This document shows, piece by piece, positions 24,960-37,016 of a stretch of 64,000 nucleotides of DNA. The position numbers and the translations under genes are program-made. The notes beneath the pieces were generated by a model. The model ran no database searches, was not told where the DNA came from, and saw nothing but the letters and a program-made list of their open reading frames with translations. Source of the stretch: Torpedo marmorata (lineage: Eukaryota); NCBI GenBank assembly GCA_977017645.1, contig OZ360238.1, positions 72,168,001-72,232,000 on the forward strand. Direction: 5' to 3'. Positions within the stretch are counted from its first letter, which is position 1. Every line of letters starts with the position of its first letter.

Positions 24960-25489
24960 ACAGTTTGCTGTTTGCAGAAACTAATTATGTACAGATGTCA
25001 AACTTTTGTATTTATTAATATGGGGAAGCATCTTATACTGACATGATAAATGCACTGGAAGATACAACAAGTGGAAATCAAGTGAAAGGCACTGAAGAAG
25101 TGAATGACGACACATAATGAGGCTAAAATCACAATAGAATGAAATAGTGTGATTGAAACTGAGATGAAACATTAAGTACTGAGAATGGGCATAAGACAGG
25201 GGAGGATGAATAGAGAGAGAATTTTGGACAGCTAGACTGGCAAAGGAAGTCGAAGGTATACTGAAAGCAAAAAGTCAGATATAGTGAAAGCAGACTAGAG
25301 ATGCTGAGGGACGAGAGAGGGCGAAAGGAATGGTGGATAGTGAGAGGAGAAACAATATGCTGTAAAGAGGACATAGCAGGCTACAAAGGAATGTAGATGG
25401 GTTGAGCTCGTGGCAAAGATCTGACGAATAAAGTACAACATGAGAAAATGTGCAATTGGTAATTTTGGCAGGAAAAATAAATAAAACAT

Positions 25490-26610
25490 TGCTCTGGCAG
25501 CTCATTCCATATACCCACCACCCTCTGTGTGAAAAAAGTTGCATTGCAGGTCCCATTTAAATCTTTCCTCTTTCACCTTCATCTACTTTTAGATTCCCCT
25601 ACTGTGGGACTATGACCATCCATTTTATCTGTGCCGCACATAATTTTATATCCCTCTATAAGGTCGCACGTCAGCCTCCCATGCTCCAGGGAAAACAGTC
25701 CCAGCCTACCCAGTCGCTCCTTAAAACTCAATCCCTCCAGTCCTGGCAACATATTTTCCTTGCCCAATAGTGCTGGCGAAATTCAGCAGGTCGCTCTGAG
25801 TCAGGGACCTGTTGAGTTTCTCCAGCACTTTTGTGTATTTACTACAACCACTGCAGACTTTCTTGTTGCACTCTTTTCCTTGTCAATCCTTTCTGCACCT
25901 TTTCCAGCTTTATAACATTCTTCCTATAGCTCACTGACCAAAACTATACACAATACTCCAAGTGTGGTCTCACCAGCATCTTTTACAGCTGGAACATGAC
26001 ACACCAGTAGTCAATGCTATGACTGATGCAGGCAATTGTGCCAAACGCCTTCTTTACGACCCTGTCTACCTGTGTTGCAACTTTTTTAATTAAAATTTTT
26101 AAAATGTAGACATACAGCACGGTAACAGGCCCTTTCGGCCCATGAGCCCGTGCCGCCCAATTACACCTAATTGACCTACAACCCCTGGCACATTTTGAAG
26201 GGTGGGAGGAAACCGGAACATCTGGAGGAAATCCATGCAGACACGGAGATAATGTACAAACTCCTTACAGACAGCGCCAGATTCGAACCCGTGTCGCTGG
26301 CGTTGTAAGAGTGTTGCGCTAACTGCCACGCCTACTGTGCCACCCCAGACTTTCAGAGAACTGTGTACCCATACCTCTTGGTCTCTTCGCTTTACAACTT
26401 TTTCCAGGTGGGTTCACTTCCCAAAATGCAACACTTCACACATATCCAAGTTAAATTCCATCTGCAATACCTTGACCCACTTACCCAGTTGATCGAGATC
26501 CTGTTATAATCAGATAACCTTTATCACTGCACCACCAATTTTGGTGTCATCCGCAAACTTATTATCTATGCCACCTACATTCTCATTCAAATTATTAATA
26601 TAGATGACAG
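25490..26610 (-). mobile_element. CR1 3' fragment interrupted by a Penelope remnant (~25765-25872) and a V-SINE
   Basis: Minus ORF MLPGLEGLSFKERLGRLGLFSLEHGRLTCDLIEGYKIM; ttttggtgtcatccgcaaactt = KFADDTK on the minus strand. Confidence 0.82.
26085..26346 (-). mobile_element. tRNA-derived V-SINE (HE1-like), near complete
   Basis: Minus strand: ggggtggcacagtaggcgtggcagttagcg head, B box GGTTCGAATC, core gtttcctcccac, CR1-type tail gggccgaaagggcctgttaccgtgctgta, A-rich end. Confidence 0.88.
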
Positions 26611-26807
26611 ACAAGGCTAGATTTGCATCTGCTGGAATTTAGAAGAATGGCAGGGGATTTAATTAGGATGCTGATGGTATTGACAGAGTTGAGGTGAAGA
26701 GTATATTTTCCCCTGTAGGAAAATCTAGAACTGGGATGGGGAGGGATGGGGGTGTCACATTTAATAGCATTCATTCTCTCTATATTTGACTTCCTGCATT
26801 CAGTATT

Positions 26808-29800
26808 TGTTACGAACTAACAGACCTTGCTAGTACTAACAAAGGAACAGCAATGGAAAATTCACCATACAATGGTAAATTAAAAATAATAGTTTTTATT
26901 AAACTATGAATAACATAACATTTCTTACTTATCTCTAAACTTAACTAACTTAAACCCCACTATGTGCAAATGTAAATGTGTGAGTGTTAAAGTCCAAACT
27001 ATTTCAGTTTAAACTTGAGTCTGAAAAGTCAATTTTAAAGTCCAGTTTCAAACTTCTTGTTGAACTTCAGGATCCCTTTAAATTGTGGTTCAGAAGTAAT
27101 TATAAAGCAAGCGTGAAGCCCCCGATTTCTTTCAAACTCACACGTCTTTTGATGAGTTGTCTTTCAGAGAGATATTATTCTTCATGCGAGTGATTTCACA
27201 AACTCCCTCTTATCTTGCCTAAGAGTTCTGGAGTCTGTTTTCCACGATGATTTCTTTCTTAATCAAAAGAAACACACGAGGCTGCCCTCTTTTCTTAGAG
27301 GCAGTCGGAAGTGGTCTTACTTATTTAAAAGCCACTTATGTTGTGTACCTCCTATGATAAGGATGATACAAGACAGAACAATTCTGTCTTTCCAGGATGT
27401 CAAATTTTCTTAAACTGATTCCTTTGTCTCTGAGTTTGATAATATATTTCTTGCACATCTCACATGTCACATGGTATGTGACATCATTTCTGTCTTTGAA
27501 GTTCATAATGTCTTCTTCACACTTATGTGCTAAAATCATCTCATTCCACTTCGACTCCGTAATGTCTATCCACATGGACATAGAATGGATCTGCGTTTAC
27601 ACAGGTGCTTCTGAGCCAACACCTATTGTTTTCAGTATCTCAAGAACCATCATAAAGATTGGGAAGTTGTAAACCACCCATTTCGTAATCCCAGGTTAAT
27701 TTCTCCATACCTACTCTAGCCAACTTTCCTTTCCATAAAAAATTCCTAATAATTAAATTTAAATCTTAATTTTTTTTTAGGAATTTCATAAGGAATTGAT
27801 AGAAAAAGATATTGAATTCTTAGAAAAACATTCATTTTTATACAATTTACCCTTCCTATTAAAGTTATAGGTAAATCCTTCCAACTTTCTAGATCATTTT
27901 TAATGTTCCTAAATAATGGTAAATAATTTAATTTATATAAATTAACTAATTTTGTATCTGTTTTTATTCCCAAATATTTAATTCCATCATTTGACCATTT
28001 AAATCGTGTAATTTCTTTACATTTATTATAATCTCCTTTTGTCAATGCCATAATTTCACTTTTATCAGAATTAATCTTATAACCAGATATTTCCTCATAT
28101 TCTCTCAATAAAACATTCAGTTGTGTAAAAGAAGCAATAGGATTTGTCATGTAAATCAATACATCATCTGCAAATAAACTAATTTTATGCTCTTCTTTTC
28201 AAACTTTAATACCTACAATCTTAATATCTTGTCTAATTAATTCTGCTAAAGGTTCTATTGCTAAAATAAACAATGCTGGTGACAAAGGGCATCCTTGTCT
28301 AGTTGACCTAGTCAACAAAAACTTTGAAGAAATTTGTCCATTTGTCACCACTCTGGCAGAAGTTTCTTTATATATAGTTTTAATCCAATTAATAAATGTA
28401 GTTCCAAAACCAAATTTTTCCAAAACTTTAAATAAATAATTCCACTCTAATCTATCAAAAGCATTTTCGGCATCTAACGTTAATACTAATGCTAATCCCT
28501 CTTTCTTTTGTGCCACATTTATTAAACTAATCAAAATTATTATAAAGCAGCTCAATTAAAATTTATTAACAAAATGTTTGATTTAGGAAAATCTTCTGCT
28601 TGGATTAGAATAGAACTAAATAATATAGGAGAAGATTTGAAAGAAGAAGTTATTTATAAATGAAATTCTAAATTATTATAAAGATGAGGTAAAAATTCTC
28701 CTATTTTAAAACATTTGTTAGAAATATGGAATAAAGTGGATAGGGAGATAGGAGGGAAATGGTTAATTTCTCGAAAAATGCCTTTATGTCAAAATAAACT
28801 TATTCCACCTACTATTGATAATCAATTATTTAAAATTTGGTTTCAAAAAGGAATTAAAAAAATAGATGATTGTTTTGAAGCTAGTAAATTTATTACTTTT
28901 CAAAGAATGAAAGAGAAGTTTAATGTATTAAGTAATACACTTTTTGCTTATTATCAAATTAGAGCATTTCTAGTTGAAAGGTTGGGTTATAGTTTGACTT
29001 TACCAAGACAAAGTGAATTGGAATTATTAGTTACTAATGGAGGTGTAAACAAATTTATTTCTCAAATGTATAAACTGTTACAGAGGAAAATGCTTAAATT
29101 AGGAATTCATAAATCAAGATTAAAATGGAAATCAGATTTGAAATGTAATGATGGATGAGGAAGATTGGAAAGAACTATGTAAACAAAGTATGGCGAAGAT
29201 TATTAATGTTAGATATAGGTTGGTGCAATATAATTTTTTACATCAATTATATTTAACACCTAAGAAATTAAAGAAATGTAGTAGAGAGGAAGTTTCTTTT
29301 GTACACTCTGTGTGGCTTTGTCCAAAGATAAATGATTTCTGGTTGAAAGTTTTTAGACAAAGTATTAAGAATTACACTCCCAATGGATCCTATGATATTT
29401 TTGTTTGGTGATATTAAAAAATTTAGTATTAAGATGAGATTAAGTATGTATCAAATAGAATTTTTGCGAATTGCTTTAGCTGTTTCTAAGAAATTTATTG
29501 CTATTACATGGAAATCTGACGTAGATTTAGGGTTAAAGAAATGGCATGCAGAATTTCGTTCAGCTATACCACTTGAAAAAATTACTTATAATTTACGTAA
29601 TAAATATCATTTCTTTTTGAAAATATGGAGCCCATATGTAAAAACTGTCGGTTTAAGGACTTGAAGATCTCTGCATATCAGATCTGACTGGCGAACCTGT
29701 GTTCCACAATAAAATTAGCTTATACTTGTTTTTTTTTAGATTGACATTCTCCTTACTTAATCTTTTTCCTTCTTTCTTTTTTTTTCTTTCTATTTTATTA

Positions 29801-30172
29801 GAATAGTAAGGGTGGGAGGGTTAGGGAGGGGAGGGAGGGAGGGGGGGGCGAAAATATATCACATGTATTTTCATAATTTTGCATTTTACAATATGTATTA
29901 CCGAGTGATTAAAAAATTTTAAATAAAATATTTTGAAAAAAATAACCATCATAAAGCCTTTCATCTCTTGGCTTCAACTGTTCAACTGCAATCAGCAGAC
30001 ATTCTGTCTCTGCAAATGGCCATCTGCCATCTCAAAGAACCATGTGTGTTTAAAATGCAAATATGTTGTCTTTGTGCCCCTGAAACCACCCAAAACTAAC
30101 TTACTAAGCCATCTCGAGATGAAATATAGTTTTAACATTAAAATAAAGATTAATCATAGCACATTCGTCACA
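26808..30172 (-). mobile_element. Solo LTR (~1.07 kb) split by an L1 insertion
   Basis: Termini tgttacgaa ... ttcgtcaca (8/9 inverted match); 4-bp TSD TATT at 26804-26807 and 30173-30176; minus-strand AATAAA near 26896. Confidence 0.72.
27658..29940 (+). mobile_element. L1-clade LINE with inverted 5' segment (27658-~28534 minus, ~28532-29940 plus)
   Basis: Minus ORFs carry LDAENAFDR, TRQGCPLSP and run to GGLQLPN; plus part resumes YYKAAQLKFIN through to the 3' UTR and A tail; TSD aa(g/t)aaccatcataaag at 27642-27657 and 29941-29956. Confidence 0.92.
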
Positions 30173-33100
30173 TATTTCACTATTATACTTGATTAAACAT
30201 TAAGGGCTTCTATTTAAGACAAAAATGAGCTGATTATTTTTTCTCTTAGATTGTTGCGAATCTTTGGAATTCTCTTCAATTGCTGCCTGATTTGATGGAC
30301 ATTTTTAGGACTTTCAGTTTTCATTGTTGTGATCTTTTTGCTAAGTTAAAGAAGTGTTTAGAAACATTCATAGGTGTTTAATTGTTTTACTAAGGGCATG
30401 TTTCCACCTTATAACCAGACACAATTCCACGCAACTGATCAGATTTTGATTTGATGGGGAAGAGATTCCACTGGCTTTGATAGAATGGTTCTAATATACA
30501 CTGAATTTATGACAGAAAATACCCTGGATTTCACCTTCTATCCAAATGCAAACTTAATGAGAATGTAAAGTTGTTGAAAAACAATTCTAGCAGTGATTGC
30601 AGAAGTGTGAATAATTACGTCTAATGAAGCTTTCATTCTGACTCAAGATGCCCATTACCGGTGTTTTGTCCTCAAAATATTCTGCGAAATACGTGTCTTG
30701 ATAATTGAAAAGCAAGAATATTTCCAAGAAATTGTTTTTTACTAACACTCTTTGGAACAATTTAGCCATATTTGGTTTAGAACTGCGCTTAATCAGTTGT
30801 CCAATACCCTGCTAACTGTCCACCACTTCTAAATTGTTTGCATTGAGTGCAAAAAAATTGTAACTGTTTAAAAAGAGGAAAGAGTCTAACATAGTGGAAA
30901 CAGTTTCCTTTCTGCCTACTTCTGTGTGAAATGCAATAGATTGGAAGTCATTTATAACCTTGAAAAAAATTGCAATAATTAACTAAAATATATTTTAAAG
31001 CATGCATTTTTCCTCATTTCTATGCCGTCTTGCATAATTGAGGACATTTCCATCTGCGAGCTTGTTAACCACGTGACCCTAGGTCAGTGTCTGGCAGGCC
31101 CTGTTACTCTAAACCACAACTGCACTCAGCACATGGAATGCCAGTGCACTGGTGAAAGCAAGTGAGCCGAGATTAAATGTAATCATGAGTTTAATTTCAA
31201 TTTGCCTTTTGTTTGGTTTCTACAGTATTGATATTTGCAGAAGGTGTTTGGTCAGCTGCTTCACTATCTTCACAGACATTGGAGTTGTCTTTTTGTTTAC
31301 ATCCACAGTCACACCCTGGTTCTGTGCTTTCACACCTGATATAATGCGGCTTCCACTTACAGGGCATCGAACATACTTTTTGTTCTCAGTATTAGCATGG
31401 GGCAGACATGATCAGAAAGATTTGTTTCAAGCTTGTTTCTGCTGTCTGGAACTGAACGAACAATATCAGGCAAAAATAAAATTGAAAAGTATGAGGATTA
31501 AAGTCTCTTTTTTGTTGCTTCTGCATTCCAATTGTTCTTAAAATATTTGGCAATGTCAATTAGTAACTGAGCAGAGCTAGCTGGCTAACACAATTTTCCA
31601 CTCCACTGAGTGCCCTATTGTTGTCAAACTAACAGCAGATTTCTGAGGTCATTATCATTCCCTTGTAGCTGAGCCCAGCTGCTCTGAGCTACTGCATCTA
31701 AACTTCACACTAAACTCTAGGACTGCATCTCGCAACAGGGGGTTGGGAAGCAGGGAGGAAGTTTTTGGCTAAACTAAAGATGAAAGTTGTGCCATGTTGA
31801 AGTGTGCAACACATGAAATGTAGTTGAAAGATTTTAAAGAAGCATGGCTTCTGCCATCTGTCTGACCTGCTTCTCTGAGTAACTTCTTTATGTCACTGGA
31901 GTGAATGGAGAATAAATCTATAACAAGGCATAAACATGCAAATATCTGGCTGAAAAATGCAAAGAAAAAATCAGATTTGAAGCATGAAGGTCAACATGGG
32001 AAAGTTGTTTTTCTCCCATTTCAGTTTAAGTTCAAAACTTTATGTCCTCGTGAGTTTGGCGGGTAAATTTAATTTTACTAATCTAATTTTTCCAATTAAT
32101 GTGCTTCCTTTCTTCTGCATAGAGAAAACTGTGGGAAATATCTGTAATTTGGGTAAAAGGATGGGAACAGATGTATAGATTGAAAATTTGTACAATAACA
32201 GAGTTGGCAACCTGCAGTTTTGATGTACTTTATATTACAGCTCTACAGGGTTCAGTAGTTTTAGTTGAATGCCATATGTGGCTTCTCATCACTGTTGTGT
32301 AGATGAAGCTGTTATGGTTTCAAAAGATTACAGAAACTGATGCTATTTTGCAATGTTAAAAGTTGTAAAGCTAAGCATTTGGAGAAAGTATTTATGCTGA
32401 AGCTGATGTAGATACAAGCCTATCTAATAACCTGGCAGGGATTCAAAATGTTATTAAATAATGTAACAAATCACTAGCTTTGTTAAAAGGTTATTACAGC
32501 TACTGCAAATGGTCACCATTTTTCTGCCAGATGCAGTGCAAACTGCTTTAATGAAAATAGTTTCCACCTTGTGATTTGTAATAAATATCCTGTTTCTAAT
32601 CTCAAGAAATATAATTCTGTTTAAAATATAATTGTGAAAGATGTCATTGAGCAAATGGCAATTGTAGAGAGCAGTTCATGCGCGTAGAATGTTGTGTATA
32701 TCTGGAACATTTATCAATTCAGCATTTGTGAGCTTTTATGAAGAACTCAAACCAAATTTTTTTTTGCTGGACCAGATTCAGTGTTTATATGGATCTATTT
32801 AATAAACCATGTACTGTATTAACACAAGTTCTCCCCCTGCTGGCATTTCTATTTTCAGCAACTTTAGTTTGTCGATAGATTATATTAGGAGAGAACAAAG
32901 ATGATGCAGAAAGTTGACACCTTTCACTAAAGTCTTGTGTATGTTAAATAGTCAATTGAAACCCCTTCCACGATCGAAAATGAACTTTTCTCTTATTGGC
33001 TGTCAGAGTTCTGCTCCTCAGAGACTGACTTGATTCAAATTTACACAGGTTGTCTGCCTGACTAGTAGAATCTGGGAACACCACTGAATGTTTTTTTTAT

Positions 33101-33218
33101 GTTGACATGAGACACAGGAAATCACCTGTTTTAGTTGATAAATGTTCAAAAGACCAGTTCACAATCCATCACAGGAGATCATTTTTATTGCATGGGATGA
33201 TTTTTGGATGGATTACAT

Positions 33219-33220
<2 letters not shown>

Positions 33221-33249
<29 letters not shown>
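33221..33249. repeat. (AT)n microsatellite
   Basis: Read directly. Confidence 0.9.
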
Positions 33250-35838
33250 ACTGCTTGCTTTCAGTTGCATGACATTAATTTTACAAGACATGCGTAGACA
33301 TGTTGGTCTGGCTGAGAATTACCAGCATCTAATAATATAATGATAAGATATATGAAGAACCTGAGAAAATGCCATTTAAGAGTTTAGTTTTATTTTTTTC
33401 ACCTACCTTGCCCTGTTTTTTCATATGTTGTCCAATGTTCTGATTTAAGCAAGCAGGTTGTCTACTGGGGAATAGATTTCTTCACAGCTACTTTGAATAT
33501 GTTTCCCTCCCTTCCTATGATATTTACTTTTCTTCAGTATCTTACTCAATTTTGTGTATTGATTGAGTTCTAGTTAAACCAACTCATTGTATTCGAATGT
33601 CAATTGAAGCTAAATTCGATCCCAAAGATGTCAACATAGGGTTGCATTCTTTTCAATGATCTTTTCAATTATTTTCAATTATTCAGCATTTTTGTGTTTT
33701 ACTGCAATCTCAGTGTCTGCAGACGTTTGTGTTTCACCCCCTTTTCAATTTTCAATGATTTTCATTTTGACTGGTGCATTCTGAACAAGGCCAGTTCCAA
33801 ACTGATGTAAGTTCATGTATGTATGTGCTTCCTTAAAAAAAAAATGTTTCTTTCAAAGAAAGGGCTTTCATTTCAACTGAGCAAAACCTTCATTGAATAG
33901 TGTCTCTGAAAGCATGGTGCCAATTATATGCCAATCACTGTCATCAGTGGCAATCTGCTGAAATGGGATTAATTTCTTACGCGCACACACTTTGGGTTTA
34001 ATTATAATAATAGCCTTCACCAGGTTCATCATTAATATTAGCATTGGTAAATATTCTATTGTAATTTACTTTATTTTGTATACGGTAATATTGTATAACA
34101 ATGCTTGAATCAACAATCATTTTCATGCACACACTGGGTTGAGGGATAGAGTTTATAGACAGATCATCTAAAGGTAAAGGTAAAGGTTCCATTATTGTCA
34201 CGTAATACTACATTTAGAATGTAACATACATGAAATTCTTTAATTTTTGTCATGTGAAGGGGAGTCCCTATGCCAGATTAACATTTAGGACCACTCCAAG
34301 AATGACTGATTTCAGCTACATTTCATAAGTTCTAATTACTAGTTCATTGTTACTAGTTTATTTTTCCTCAACCTTTACCACCAATATTATTTAGAGATGG
34401 TACTCTGCTGTGTATAGCGAGCTGTTCCTCAGCCTGTATTACTCCATCCTGGCAATCCTGCATCGAAGCACTGGATACAAAGACTCGTGCTGGATTCCAC
34501 TACCTGTGGCCACTGATCCACCTGCTGAAGCCACATTAAAGACACAAATGCCCAGAGATTGTGGGAAAAGTTCAACCAGACCTCAGTTATTTCCATGTAA
34601 GGGAGAGCATTGTCTATATTTCCAGGAACACACCTTCAAATATAGATGATCCAAAGTCAGAGGTGCACTAGATGGGAACTAAAAGTTGTACCAATACCTC
34701 ACCATTTAACATGATCTAACTGCACAACCAATAAAACTGAGGTCAGACCTGCAGCATGAACATCTCCTCTTTTGATTACAACAGAATGAGCAGCTGCAGG
34801 GTATATAGTTAATATATATTTTCTTAATTTTTTGAGTGAATATCAATGTTTTTAAGTGTTTTTTTAACATCCTGGTTCCTGATTTGATTATTTTTATATC
34901 ATTATTTAACAGCCTGAATCATTTTTTTTTTTTTTAAATGTTTTTTTGGAATGTTTCTGAATGACAGAATTATTCACAGTGTTTTAACAGTATTGATAGT
35001 CCTGCCTAAACTGGCAGTGTGGCTTTGCTAATAGTCAAATAATCGTTTTTCCATATGATGGAAGCTTTACAGACCACCCATGAGATTGGGTTATGTCGCA
35101 GCTGATCCTCTTACTTCCCAGGGCTTTGACAGGGTTGATGGAGGTGGCTCCTGACCACTAGTTTGGGGGGAGAGAACCTTGCAAGGCAAGTGTGAAATGT
35201 CTTTAGAAGTTATCAGGACTGGAAGATGTACTACCCAACGTTAGACAGGAATTTGAGTTGACCAACGTAAGTGGAAGAGCAAAAGGGCAATGCTCACAGC
35301 CATGCTTGAATTAATCTGTCCAATAATCATGCATTTCTCTCTCTGGTAAGGAATTTTCCCTCCAATGATGTGGGCAACTATTTACAACAGCAGCCAAGTT
35401 GATTGAAAGATTCTGGCAGACAACAAAGCAGGGAGTAAAAAGTTTTGCAAACATCTTGACAGAAAGCAGAATAACAATTGAGTGACCTAGAAGCTGAAAC
35501 ATTGAGCCAGATTATATCTGGTTTGGGCAGCACCCGATAGTGCAAGGGCTCCCACCCCTTGCACTATCCCCATGATCCCAGGAATCCTTCGTGGCCTCAT
35601 AGACAAATCACCTTGCAGACCTCACTTTTGGAGCTGACCCTGTTGTTCTCTGACAACTCAAGCTGTCAAAGGGCATTGTAACTGTTTCCAAATGTCTCCA
35701 ATTAATTTAAATAAATAAGAAAAGACACAAAATGATAAATTTACTTAAGATATTATTAAGTTATAAAAACAATTAATTGAAGATTTCCTGCTGAAAGAGA
35801 ATCAGTATTTATCTTTTTAATCAAGACCACATTCAAAT

Positions 35839-37016
35839 AATATCCCCCAAGACACCTCTGTTTCAAAATGAACTTATATCTGTGATTTTAGGTAATAAAA
35901 TATGGAACGTTTGGTATCAGAAGGGTGTTCGATATATTGAAGACTGCTACGACAAAGCTTATGTCCTTTGAACAACTCAAAGATAAATATGATTTGTCTA
36001 ATAGAACCTTTCACTGTTTTCTCCAATTAAGATCCTTCTTGCGAGAAAGGTGGGGTCCTGCAATGACCCCACCTATAAGCAACGAGGTAGAACAGTTACT
36101 TCGACTGGGAAATGCACTCAAAATTATATCCAGAATGTATTTTGTGCTCCAAAGTGAAAGCCCTAAGCCGGGTATACATAGATCGAGGGAGAGGTGGGAG
36201 TCGGACTTAGGTACGACAATTCAGGAACGTTGCTGGTCAGATTGGTGTAGGAATAGTATGACGATGGTTATTAACGCTAGATATAGATTGGTCCAATATA
36301 ATTTCTTGCACCAACTATATCTCACACCACAAAAGTTACACAAATCAAAATCCGAAATATCAGAAATGTGTTTCAGATGTGGTGGGGAAATTGGAACTTT
36401 CCTGCACTCCACTTGGTCCTGTGCAAAGGTACGACCCTTTTGGTATGATATATCTAATATACTAACCAGAATTACAGGGGTAGCCTTTCCACTGGACCCG
36501 GAGTTGTATCTCCTAGGAAATCTAATGGACATAAGCTACAAATTATCCAAATTCCAAATTCAATTTGTGCTAGTTGCTTTGTCCGTAGCAAAAAAAATGC
36601 ATAGCAGTCACTTGGAAGTCCGACTCCCCCCTTCAAATCACTCGATGGTCAGCAGAAATGCACTGCTGTATTCCCATGGAGAAAATTACATATAATCTCA
36701 GGAATAGATACGGTACATTTATAAAGGTGTGGCAACCATACCTGGAATATATTGGGGTCCAGTTGTAATTCAAACCCTAACGTACAATACAATATAGCAT
36801 AGAAATATTTAACGGTGTGGCGCCTCCAAAAAGATTGAAAAATCAATGTAAGCACTGACGGTACGTTTAGTTTTTCATTTTCTTTTGTATGTTTTATTTT
36901 CTTTTTTCAGTTGGGGGAGGGAGGGAGAGTTTAATAATAATGTATATAGTTGTAATTTGTATATTTTCTGTTTATATTGTGGACTTGAAAAATAAAAAAA
37001 TAAAATATTTAAAAAA
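35839..37016 (+). mobile_element. 5'-truncated L1-clade LINE, second subfamily
   Basis: ORF 35925-36695 with RYRLVQYNFLHQLYLTP and CFRCGGEIGTFLHSTWSC; A-rich tail; perfect TSD aagaccacattcaaat at 35823-35838 and 37017-37032. Confidence 0.92.

Noticed and set aside
26260-26346. tRNA gene
   Set aside because: Pol III boxes belong to the SINE head; no cloverleaf or acceptor stem
23229-30172. Full-length LTR retrotransposon between the two LTRs
   Set aside because: The LTRs are dissimilar, oppositely oriented, each has its own TSD, and there is no gag/pol between them
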